64,000 nt of DNA from the human T2T-CHM13v2.0 reference genome, Homo sapiens. Shown here in pieces: positions 1 to 13,730 of the stretch. Location of the stretch: NCBI RefSeq assembly GCF_009914755.1, contig NC_060948.1; one strand, written 5' to 3'. Positions within the stretch are counted from its first letter, which is position 1, and the number at the start of each line of letters is the position of its first letter. The notes under the pieces are model-generated. The model was given only the letters and a program-made list of their open reading frames with translations. It did not search any database and was not told where the DNA came from. Both the position numbers and the translations under genes were made by a program.

Positions 1-1468
1 AGAATATATTATACGGTTAATATACGTATTAAATATAAATTATACATTATATATATTATATATAATATATCTGTTATATATAATACCCATTATGCATAAT
101 ATATATATTATGTCTATGTTATATATAGTATAAAACAACATATAATAATATATAATTGTATATATAAAATGCGACATATAATATATATTATATTTTATAA
201 CATATGTAATATATATTATATATTATATATAATACGTTGTATGTATAATACCTATATTAAATATATATTATATGACTATGTTATTAATTACATGTCACAT
301 GTGTTATATATTATATATTTTACATAGAATATACCTGTTACATACAATATATACTATGTTACCTATAATGTATAATTTATTACATGTAAAATAAAGAATG
401 CAATATATTATGTATAATTTATAATATACCATATGTGGAATGTGATATATATAATATATAATATATGATATATGATATACAGTATATGATATATAACATA
501 CAATATATGATTCCTAATATATATGGTATACAATATATATTTCATGATATGTATTCTATATGTTTTATATTCTGTTATATATAACTATTTGAAATTATAT
601 ATAACTGTATAATATTTTATGTAAATATGTAATATAATATATATAACTATATAATATATTATATATAACTATATATTATGTTATATATACTTTTATAACA
701 TAATTTGCATAAAATATCATAACATAATATATATTATATTATTTCATATTACATAATATATATTACATATCACCCAATATAACTAACATACATAATATTA
801 TAATATAGATTATATTGTGTTATATTAAATATCATATATATCATGTATCATATATTCTATAATATATATTACACATTATATAATATGTATGTTGTCTATT
901 ATGTGATATATATAACTCTCTATATAATTATATTTTTATACATATAACTAGATAAACATGTAATTCTACATATTTTCATTTATAATATGTAGAATTATAT
1001 AATCATATATAATTATTTATATTCTATAAAAAATTTTATCATTATATCAATTATAATATATAAAAATTATAATATGTACTACAAATATATATATTATATA
1101 TCATATATGATATAGTACCTTTGTTATATATCATAATACATATAAATGTGTATTATGTTATCTATAATTATATAATTTCATATATAAGATGTATAATATG
1201 TATCATATATTATATATGTTATGTAATATATATAGTATATATAAGATGACACTGGATAAATATTATATACTATGACATATAAAATATATGAGGTTATATT
1301 TTACATATAAGGCATAGCACATAACATGTAATATATATCATATATAATTTTTTTTTAGACAGAATCTTGTCCTGTTGCACAGGGTGGGGTACAATGGCGC
1401 CATCTTTGCTCACTGCAACTTCTGCCTCACGGGTCCAAGCGATGGTCCTCCCTCAGCCTCCCAGGTAG

Positions 1469-1498
1469 CTGGGACTACACCACACTGGGACTACACCA
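1469..1498 (+). repeat. 16-bp tandem duplication inside the Alu (ctgggactacaccaca / ctgggactacacca), present in 25 of 26 units
   Basis: Directly visible as ctgggactacaccacactgggactacacca. The Alu consensus has a single CTGGGACTACA. Confidence 0.9.
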
Positions 1499-1568
1499 GC
1501 TGCCACCATGCCTAGCTAATTTTTTGGATTTTTAGTAGTGACAGCGTTTCACTGTATTGGCCAGGATG

Positions 1569-1577
1569 GTCTTGATC
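1569..1577 (-). promoter_or_regulatory. Alu Pol III B-box-like motif GATCAAGAC (representative; present in 25 of 26 Alus)
   Basis: The + strand gtcttgatc reads GATCAAGAC on the minus strand and fits the consensus GWTCRANNC at the normal Alu left-arm position. Function is not shown. Confidence 0.45.
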
Positions 1578-1639
1578 TCTTCACCTTGTGATCCCCTTGC
1601 CTTGGCCTCCAAATTTGCTGGGATTACAGGCCTGAGCCA

Positions 1640-2210
1640 AGATCCATATTTTTTAAATGAAAAAAAATTTCAAAGGTACTCTGCTTGGTACAATAATCAA
1701 ATGTATAAACTGAGGAATAAAACATACCCATGAAACCTACTTATAACTGCATATGGAAAATACAGAGGATAATTTTTTAAATAACATATTTTGAAAGCCT
1801 TAACTAGTAATTTGAAGAGTTGGCATTTGAAAGGCCAGTATGAATATACCTTCAATGCAGCTACACAGGTTCCCCGTGAGAAAAAGCAAACACAGGGAAA
1901 ATAAAAACACAAAGGTTCAATCTCTTCTGACCTTTGAAAGACACAGCACAGACAGTGGTCCTTAGGACGAAGAGCAGGAGACCCCTAATTCCGTCACCAT
2001 GGCGATAGTGCATAAACATTGCTGGGTGAGGGCACAATCCACATTGTGAGGTCCAACTGCTGCCAGGAAGACAGGAGTGCTTTTACATAGACCGAAAGGT
2101 CATTGAAGGCTCAGAGTTTTGTTTCAAGAACTGAATCCCAAGCCCACACGTTATTAGGCTGCGCTTCTTAAAACAAGTTATGAGATGGGAAAAAGGGCAC
2201 CCACAAACAT
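1640..2210. repeat. HSATI-type non-AT-rich segment of the unit (representative copy; follows every Alu, 26 copies)
   Basis: ~570 bp of mixed-composition, internally non-repetitive sequence between the Alu 5' end (gagcca) and the return of AT-rich DNA (ccacaaacatacg). The HSATI name comes from the known DYZ2 architecture and size, not from an alignment. Confidence 0.75.
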
Positions 2211-3767
2211 ACGTATACATTATGTATATAATAATATACAGTGTCATATATATAATATATATAACCTATGTATAATATTGTTTTACATCCTGCATCTTAT
2301 GTTATATATATTGTATAAAATATAATAATTGATAATATATAAGTTTTATAATTATACAATATGACATATAGTATATATTATAATTTATGACATATATAAT
2401 ATATGTTATATATCATATACAGAATATATTATACGGTTAATATACGTATTAAATATAAATTATACATTATATATATTATATATAATATATCTGTTATATA
2501 TAATACCCATTATGCATAATATATATATTATGTCTATGTTATATATAGTATAAAACAACATATAATAATATATAATTGTATATATAAAATGCGACATATA
2601 ATATATATTATATTTTATAACATATGTAATATATATTATATATTATATATAATACGTTGTATGTATAATACCTATATTAAATATATATTATATGACTATG
2701 TTATTAATTACATGTCACATGTGTTATATATTATATATTTTACATAGAATATACCGGTGACATACAATATATACTATGTTACCTATAATGTATAATTTAT
2801 TACATGTAAAATAAAGAATGCAATATATTATGTATAATTTATAATATACAATATGTGGAATGTGATATATATAACATATAATATATGATATATGATATAC
2901 ACTATATGATATATAACATACAATATATGATTCCTAATATATATGGTATACAATATATATTTCATGATATGTATTCTATATGTTTTATATTCTGTTATAT
3001 ATAACTATTTGAAATTATATATAACTGTATAATATTTTATGTAAATATGTAATATAATATATATAACTATATAATATATTATATATAACTATATATTATG
3101 TTATATATACTTTTATAACATAATTTGCATAAAATATCATAACATAATATATATTATATTATTTCATATTACATAATATATATTACATATCCCCCAATAT
3201 AACTAACATACATAATATTATAATATAGATTATATTGTGTTATATTAAATATCATATATATCATGTATCATATATTCTATAATATATATTACACATTATA
3301 TAATATGTATGTTGTCTATTATGTGATATATATAACTCTATATATAATTATAGTTTTATACATATAACTAGATAAACATGTAATTCTACATATTTTCATT
3401 TATAATATGTAGAATTATATAATCATATATAATTATTTATATTCTATAAAAAATTTTATCATTATATCAATTATAATATATAAAAATTATAATATGTACT
3501 ACAAATATATATATTATATATCATATATGATATAGTACCTTTGTTATATATCATAATACATATAAATGTGTATTATGTTATCTATAATTATATAATTTCA
3601 TATATAAGATGTATAATATGTATCATATATTATATATGTTATGTAATATATATAGTATATATAAGATGACACAGGATAAATATTATATACTATGACATAT
3701 AAAATATATGAGGTTATATTTTACATATAAGGCATAGCACATAACATGTAATATATATCATATATAA
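2211..3767. repeat. Degenerate (TA)n / AT-rich low-complexity domain of the unit (representative full copy, ~1.56 kb)
   Basis: Dense TATA/ATAT/TATAA motifs with sparse G/C and few CpGs. It recurs in every unit and abuts the Alu T-run. Confidence 0.9.
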
Positions 3768-4059
3768 TTTTTTTTTAGACAGAATCTTGTCCTGTTGCAC
3801 AGGGTGGGGTACAATGGCGCCATCTTTGCTCACTGCAACTTCTGCCTCACGGGTCCAAGCGATGGTCCTCCCTCAGCCTCCCAGGTAGCTGGGACTACAC
3901 CACACTGGGACTACACCAGCTGCCACCATGCCTAGCTAATTTTTTGGATTTTTAGTAGTGACAGCGTTTCACTGTATTGGCCAGGATGGTCTTGATCTCT
4001 TCACCTTGTGATCCCCTTGCCTTGGCCTCCAAATTTGCTGGGATTACAGGCCTGAGCCA
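3768..4059 (-). mobile_element. Alu copy, unit 2
   Basis: Same Alu sequence as unit 1. Confidence 0.93.
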
Positions 4060-6187
4060 AGATCCATATTTTTTAAATGAAAAAAAATTTCAAAGGTACT
4101 CTGCTTGGTACAATAATCAAATGTATAAACTGAGGAATAAAACATACCCATGAAACCTACTTATAACTGCATATGGAAAATACAGAGGATAATTTTTTAA
4201 ATAACATATTTTGAAAGCCTTAACTAGTAATTTGAAGAGTTGGCATTTGAAAGGCCAGTATGAATATACCTTCAATGCAGCAACACAGGTTCCCCGTGAG
4301 AAAAAGCAAACACAGGGAAAATAAAAACACAAAGGTTCAATCTCTTCTGACCTTTGAAAGACACAGCACAGACAGTGGTCCTTAGGACGAAGAGCAGGAG
4401 ACCCCTAATTCCGTCACCATGGCGATAGGGCATAAACATTGCTGGGTGAGGGCACAATCCACATTGTGAGGTCCAACTGCTGCCAGGAAGACAGGAGTGC
4501 TTTTACATAGACCGAAAGGTCATTGAAGGCTCAGAGTTTTGTTTCAAGAACTGAATCCCAAGCCCACACGTTATTAGGCTGCGCTTCTTAAAACAAGTTA
4601 TGAGATGGGAAAAAGGGCACCCACAAACATACGTATACATTATGTATATAATAATATAAAGTGTCATATATATAATATATATAACCTATGTATAATATTG
4701 TTTTACATCCTGCATCTTATGTTATATATATTGTATAAAATATAATAATTGATAATATATAAGTTTTATAATTATACAATATGACATATAGTATATATTA
4801 TAATTTATGACATATATAATATATGTTATATATCATATACAGAATATATTATACGGTTAATATACGTATTAAATATAAATTATACATTATATATATTATA
4901 TATAATATATCTGTTATATATAATACCCATTATGCATAATATATATATTATGTCTATGTTATATATAGTATAAAACAACATATAATAATATATAATTGTA
5001 TATATAAAATGCGACATATAATATATATTATATTTTATAACACATGTAATATATATTATATATTATATATAATATGTTGTATGTATAATACCTATATTAA
5101 ATATATATTATATGACTATGTTATTAATTACATGTCACATGTGTTATATATTATATATTTTACATAGAATATACCGGTGACATACAATATATACTATGTT
5201 ACCTATAATGTATAATTTATTACATGTAAAATAAAGAATGCAATATATTATGTATAATTTATAATATACAATATGTGGAATGTGATATATATAACATATA
5301 ATATATGATATATGATATACAGTATATGATATATAACATACAATATATGATTCCTAATATATATGGTATACAATATATATTTCATGATATGTATTCTATA
5401 TGTTTTATATTCTGTTATATATAACTATTTGAAATTATATATAACTGTATAATATTTTATGTAAATATGTAATATAATATATATAACTATATAATATATT
5501 ATATATAACTATATATTATGTTATATATACTTTTATAACATAATTTGCATAAAATATCATAACATAATATATATTATATTATTTCATATTACATAATATA
5601 TATTACATATCACCCAATATAACTAACATACATAATATTATAATATAGATTATATTGTGTTATATTAAATATCATATATATCATGTATCATATATTCTAT
5701 AATATATATTACACATTATATAATATGTATGTTGTCTATTATGTGATATATATAACTCTATATATAATTGTAGTTTTATACATATAACTAGATAAACATG
5801 TAATTCTACATATTTTCATTTATAATATGTAGAATTATATAATCATATATAATTATTTATATTCTATAAAAAATTTTATCATTATATAAATTATAATATA
5901 TAAAAATTACAATATGTAATACAAATATATATATTATATATCATATATGATATAGTACCTTTGTTATATATCATAATACATATAAATGTGTATTATGTTA
6001 TCTATAATTATATAATTTCATATATAAGATGTATAATATGTATCATATATTATATATGTTATGTAATATATATAGTATATATAAGATGACACAGGATAAA
6101 TATTATATACTATGACATATAAAATATATGAGGTTATATTTTACATATAAGGCATAGCACATAACATGTAATATATATCATATATAA

Positions 6188-6479
6188 TTTTTTTTTAGAC
6201 AGAATCTTGTCCTGTTGCACAGGGTGGGGTACAATGGCGCCATCTTTGCTCACTGCAACTTCTGCCTCACGGGTCCAAGCGATGGTCCTCCCTCAGCCTC
6301 CCAGGTAGCTGGGACTACACCACACTGGGACTACACCAGCTGCCACCATGCCTAGCTAATTTTTTGGATTTTTAGTAGTGACAGCGTTTCACTGTATTGG
6401 CCAGGATGGTCTTGATCTCTTCACCTTGTGATCCCCTTGCCTTGGCCTCCAAATTTGCTGGGATTACAGGCCTGAGCCA
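6188..6479 (-). mobile_element. Alu copy, unit 3
   Basis: Same Alu sequence as unit 1. Confidence 0.93.
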
Positions 6480-8600
6480 AGATCCATATTTTTTAAATGA
6501 AAAAAAATTTCAAAGGTACTCTGCTTGGTACAATAATCAAATGTATAAACTGAGGAATAAAACATACCCATGAAACCTACTTATAACTGCATATGGAAAA
6601 TACAGAGGATAATTTTTTAAATAACATATTTTGAAAGCCTTAACTAGTAATTTGAAGAGTTGGCATTTGAAAGGCCAGTATGAATATACCTTCAATGCAG
6701 CAACACAGGTTCCCCGTGAGAAAAAGCAAACACAGGGAAAATAAAAACACAAAGGTTCAATCTCTTCTGACCTTTGAAAGACACAGCACAGACAGTGGTC
6801 CTTAGGACGAAGAGCAGGAGACCCCTAATTCCGTCACCATGGCGATAGTGCATAAACATTGCTGGGTGAGGGCACAATCCACATTGTGAGGTCCAACTGC
6901 TGCCAGGAAGACAGGAGTGCTTTTACATAGACCGAAAGGTCATTGAAGGCTCAGAGTTTTGTTTCAAGAACTGAATCCCAAGCCCACACGTTATTAGGCT
7001 GCGCTTCTTAAAACAAGTTATGAGATGGGAAAAAGGGCACCCACAAACATACGTATACATTATGTATATAATAATATAAAGTGTCATATATATAATATAT
7101 ATAACCTATGTATAATATTGTTTTACATCCTGTATCTTATGTTATATATATTGTATAAAATATAATAATTGATAATATATAAGTTTTATAATTATACAAT
7201 ATGACATATAGTATATATTATAATTTATGACATATATAATATATGTTATATATCATATACAGAATATATTATACGGTTAATATACGTATTAAATATAAAT
7301 TATACATTATATATATTATATATAATATATCTGTTATATATAATACCCATTATGCATAATATATATATTATGTCTATGTTATATATAGTATAAAACAACA
7401 TATAATAATATATAATTGTATATATAAAATGCGACATATAATATATATTATATTTTATAACATATGTAATATATATTATATATAATACGTTGTATGTATA
7501 ATACCTATATTAAATATATATTATATGACTATGTTATTAATTACATGTCACATGTGTTATATATTATATATTTTACATAGAATATACCGGTTACATACAA
7601 TATATACTATGTTACCTATAATGTATAATTTGTTACATGTAAAATAAAGAATGCAATATATTATGTATAATTTATAATATACAATATGTGGAATGTGATA
7701 TATATAACATATAATATATGATATATGATATACAGTATATGATATATAACATACAATATATGATTCCTAATATATATGGTATACAATATATATTTTATGA
7801 TATGTATTCTATATGTTTTATATTCTGCTATATATAACTATTTGAAATTATATATAACTGTATAATATTTTATGTAAATATGTAATATAATATATATAAC
7901 TATATAATATATTATATATAACTATATATTATGTTATATATACTTTTATAACATAATTTACATAAAATATCATAATATAATATATATTATATTATTTCAT
8001 ATTACATAATATATATTATATATCACCCAATATAACTAACATACATAATATTATAATATAGATTATATTGTGTTATATTAAATTTCATATATATCATGTA
8101 TCATATATTCTATAATATATATTACACATTATATAATATGTATGTTGTCTATTATGTGATATATATAACTATATATATAATTATATTTTTATACATATAA
8201 CTAGATAAACATGTAATTCTACATATTTTCATTTATAATATGTAGAATTATATAATCATATATAATTACTTATATTCCATAAAAAATTATATCATTATAT
8301 AAATTATAATATATAAAAATTATAATATGTACTACAAATATATATATTATATATCATATATGATATAGTACCTTTGTTATATATCATAATACATATAAAT
8401 GTGTATTATGTTATCTATAATTATATAATTTCATATATAATATGTATAATATGTATCATATATTATATATGTTATGTAATATATATAGTGTATATAAGAT
8501 GACACAGGATAAATATTATATACTATGACATATAAAATATATGAGGTTATATGTTACATATAAGGCATAGCACATAACATGTAATATATATCATATATAA

Positions 8601-8892
8601 TTTTTTTTTAGACAGAATCTTGTCCTGTTGCACAGGGTGGGGTACAATGGCGCCATCTTTGCTCACTGCAACTTCTGCCTCACGGGTCCAAGCGATTGTC
8701 CTCCCTGAGCCTCCCAGGTAGCTGGGACTACACCACACTGGGACTACACCAGCTGCCACCATGCCTAGCTAATTTTTTGGATTTTTAGTAGTGACAGCGT
8801 TTCACTGTATTGGCCAGGATGGTCTTGATCTCTTCACCTTGTGATCCCCTTGCCTTGGCCTCCAAATTTGCTGGGATTACAGGCCTGAGCCA
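8601..8892 (-). mobile_element. Alu copy, unit 4
   Basis: Near-identical to unit 1 Alu. Confidence 0.93.
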
Positions 8893-10996
8893 AGATCCAT
8901 ATTTTTTAAATGAAAAAAAATTTCAAAGGTACTCTGCTTGGTACAATAATCAAATGTATAAACTGAGGAATAAAACATAACCATGAAACCTACTTATAAC
9001 TGCATATGGAAAATACAGAGGATAATTTTTTAAATAACATATTTTGAAAGCCTTAACTAGTAATTTGAAGAGTTGGCATTTGAAAGGCCAGTATGAATAT
9101 ACCTTCAAAGCAGCAACACAGGTTCCCCATGAGAAAAAGCAAACACAGGGCAAATAAAAACACAAAGGTTCAATCTCTTCTGACCTTTGAAAGACACAGC
9201 ACAGACAGTGGTCCTTAGGACGAAGAGCAGGAGACCCCTAATTCCGTCACCATGGCGATAGGGCATAAACATTGCTGGGTGAGGGCACAATCCACATTGT
9301 GAGGTCCAACTGCTGCCAGGAAGACAGGAGTGCTTTTACATAGACCGAAAGGTCATTGAAGGCTCAGAGTTTTGTTTCAAGAACTGAATCCCAAGCCCAC
9401 ACGTTATTAGCCTGCACTTCTTAAAACAAGTTATGAGATGGGAAAAAGGGCACCCACAAACATACGTATACATTATGTATATAATAATATACAGTGTCAT
9501 ATATATAATATATATAACCTATGTATAATATTGTTTTACATCCTGCATCTTATGTTATATATATTGTATAAAATATAATAATTGATAATATATAACTTTT
9601 ATAATTATACAATATGACATATAGTATATATTATAATTTATGACATATATAATATATGTTATATATCATATACAGAATATATTATACGGTTAATATACGT
9701 ATTAAATATAAATTATACATTATATATATTATATATAATATATCTGTTATATATAATACCCATTATGCATAATATATATATTATGTCTATGTTATATATA
9801 GTATAAAACAACATATAATAATATATAATTGTATATATAAATGCGACATATAATATATATTATATTTTATAACATATGTAATATATATTATATATTATAT
9901 ATAATACGTTGTATGTATAATACCTATATTAAATATATATTATATGACTATGTTATTAATTACATGTCACATGTGTTATATATTATATATTTTACATAGA
10001 ATACACCGGTTACATACAATATATACCATGTTACCTATAATGTATAATTTATTACATGTAAAATAAAGAATGCAATATATTATGTATAATTTATAATATA
10101 CAATATGTGGAATGTGATATATATAACATATAATATATGATATATGATATACAGTATATGATATATAACATACAATATATGATTCCTAATATATATGGTA
10201 TACAATATATATTTTATGATATGTATTCTATATGTTTTATATTCTGTTATATATAACTATTTGAAATTATATATAACTGTATAATATTTTATGTAAATAT
10301 GTAATATAATATATATAACTATATAATATATTATATATAACTATATATTATGTTATATATACTTTTATAACATAATTTACATAAAATATCATAATATAAT
10401 ATATATTATATTATTTCATATTACATAATATATATTACATATCACCCAATATAAGTAACATACATAATATTATAATATAGATTATATTATGTTATATTAA
10501 ATATCATATATATCATGTATCATATATTCTATAATATATATTACACATTATATAATATGTATGTTGTCTATTATGTGATATATATAACTATATATATAAT
10601 TAAATTTTTATACATATAACTAGATAAACATGTAATTCTACATATTTTCATTTATAATATGTAGAAGTATATAATCATATATAATTATTTATATTCTATA
10701 AAAAATTTTATCATTATATAAATTATAATATATAAAAATTATAATATGTACTACAAATATATATATTATATATCATATATGATATAGTACCTTTGTTATA
10801 TATCATAATACATATAAATGTGTATTATGTTATCTATAAGTATATAATTTCATATATAAGATGTATAATATGTATCATATATTATATAAGTTATGTAATA
10901 TATATAGTATATATAAGATGACACAGGATAAATATTATATACTATGACATATAAAATATATGAGGTTATATGTTACATATAAGGCATAGCACATAA

Positions 10997-11311
<315 letters not shown>

Positions 11312-13438
11312 AGATCCATATTTTTTAAATGAAAAAAAATTTCAAAGGTACTCTGCTTGGTACAATAATCAAATGTATAAACTGAGGAATAAAACATAAC
11401 CATGAAACCTACTTATAACTGCATATGGAAAATACAGAGGATAATTTTTTAAATAACATATTTTGAAAGCCTTAACTAGTAATTTGAAGAGTTGGCATTT
11501 GAAAGGCCAGTATGAATATACCTTCAAAGCAGCAACACAGGTTCCCCATGAGAAAAAGCAAACACAGGGAAAATAAAAACACAAAGGTTCAATCTCTTCT
11601 GACCTTTGAAAGACACAGCACAGACAGTGGTCCTTAGGACGAAGAGCAGGAGACCCCTAATTCCGTCACCATGGCGATAGGGCATAAACATTGCTGGGTG
11701 AGGGCACAATCCACATTGTGAGGTCCAACTGCTGCCAGGAAGACAGGAGTGCTTTTACATAGACCGAAAGGTCATTGAAGGCTCAGAGTTTTGTTTCAAC
11801 AACTGAATCCCAAGCCCACACGTTATTAGGCTGCGCTTCTTAAAACAAGTTATGAGATGGGAAAAAGGGCACCCACAAACATACGTATACATTATGTATA
11901 TAATAATATAGAGTGTCATATATATAATATATATAACCTATGTATAATATTGTTTTACATCCTGCATCTTATGTTATATATATTGTATAAAATATAATAA
12001 TTGATAATATATAAGTTTTATAATTATACAATATGACATATAGTATATATTATAATTTATGACATATATAATATATGTTATATATCATATACAGAATATA
12101 TTATATGGTTAATATACGTATTAAATATAAATTATACATTATATATATTATATATAATATATCTGTTATATATAATACCCATTATGCATAATATATATAT
12201 TATGTCTATGTTATATATAGTACAAAACAACATATAATAATATATAATTGTATATATAAATGCGATATATAATATATATTATATTTTATAACATATGTAA
12301 TATATATTATATATTATATATAATACGTTGTATGTATAATACCTATATTAAATATATATTATATGACTATGTTATTAATTACATGTCACATGTGTTATAT
12401 ATTATATATTTTACATAGAAGATACCGGTTACATACAATATATACCATGTTACCTATAATGTATAATTTATTACATGTAAAATAAAGAATGCAATATATT
12501 ATGTATAATTTATAATATACAATATGTGGAATGTGATATATATAACATATAATATATGATATATGATATACAGTATATGATATATAACATACAATATATG
12601 ATTCCTAATATATATGGTATACAATATATATTTTATGATATGTATTCTATATGTTTTATATTCTGTTATATATAACTATTTGAAATTATATATAACTGTA
12701 TAATATTTTATGTAAATATGTAATATAATATATATAACTATATAATATATTATATATAACTATATATTATGTTATATATACTTTTATAACATAATTTACA
12801 TAAAATATCATAATATAATATATATTATATTATTTCATATTACATAATATATATTACATATCACCCAATATAACTAACATACATAATATTATAATATAGA
12901 TTATATTATGTTATATTAAATATCATATATATCATGTATCATATATTCTATAATATATATTACACATTATATAATATGTATGTTGTCTATTATGTGATAT
13001 ATATAACTCTATATATAATTATATTTTTATACATATAACTAGATAAACATGTAATTCTACATATTTTCATTTATAACATGTAGAATTATATAATCATATA
13101 TAATTATTTATATTCTATAAAAAATTTTATCATTATATAAATTATAATATATAAAAATTATAATATGTACTACAAATATATATATTATATATCATATATG
13201 ATATAGTACCTTTGTTATATATCATAATACATATAAATGTGTATTATGTTATCTATAATTATATAATTTCATATATAAGATGTATAATATGTATCATATA
13301 TTATACATGTTATGTAATATATATAGTATATATAAGATGACACAGGATAAATATTATATACTATGACATATAAAATATATGAGCTTATATTTTACATATA
13401 AGGCATAGCACATAACATGTAATATATATCATATATAA

Positions 13439-13730
13439 TTTTTTTTTAGACAGAATCTTGTCCTGTTGCACAGGGTGGGGTACAATGGCGCCATCTTTGC
13501 TCACTGCAACTTCTGCCTCACGGGTCCAAGCGATGGTCCTCCCTCAGCCTCCCAGGTAGCTGGGACTACACCACACTGGGACTACACCAGCTGCCACCAT
13601 GCCTAGCTAATTTTTTGGATTTTTAGTAGTGACAGCGTTTCACTGTATTGGCCAGGATGGTCTTGATCTCTTCACCTTGTGATCCCCTTGCCTTGGCCTC
13701 CAAATTTGCTGGGATTACAGGCCTGAGCCA
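13439..13730 (-). mobile_element. Alu copy, unit 6
   Basis: Near-identical to unit 1 Alu. Confidence 0.93.

Larger units (their letters stand above)
1348..1639 (-). mobile_element. Diverged Alu SINE (Sc/Sc8/Y lineage), near full length, unit 1
   Basis: T9 tail, then agac...gctcactgcaac...ctcagcctccc...agctgggactaca...gctaatttttt..atttttagtag...ggccaggatggtcttgatctc...gctgggattacagg..tgagcca, which is a reverse-complement Alu lacking ~12 bp at the 5' end. Confidence 0.95.

Noticed and set aside
437-441. GGAAT pentamer (HSat3/DYZ1 motif)
   Set aside because: Isolated occurrences only. There is no (GGAAT)n tract and no DYZ1 junction in the window.
1382-1476. G-quadruplex candidate starting at gggtgggg
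   Set aside because: Only two closely spaced G-tracts; the next ones are about 40 bp away.
1640-1657. Possible Alu target-site duplication or L1 endonuclease site (gatccatattttttaa versus atcatatataatttt before the T-run)
   Set aside because: The similarity is too degenerate in an AT-rich context to call.
1716-1905. AATAAA hexamers here, and abundant TATA motifs in the AT-rich domain
   Set aside because: Expected by chance at this base composition, with no associated gene structure.
1697-1912. Repeated 71-aa minus-strand ORF (MCFYFPCV...), open in all 26 units
   Set aside because: It starts at GTG, has no recognisable domain, and its F/Y/L/C composition follows from the A-rich plus strand. 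At ~99% copy identity, staying open needs no selection, and several variants are non-synonymous.
4272-4457. Repeated 61-aa minus-strand ORF (MCPHPAMF...)
   Set aside because: It has a non-ATG start, overlaps the other ORF in a different frame, and is shortened by a stop in unit 1 (A>T at 1862). I recognise no protein family.
8547-8762. 71-aa [21 protein letters not shown]...
   Set aside because: Translation of Alu sequence, opened in one unit by a private SNV that removes a stop.
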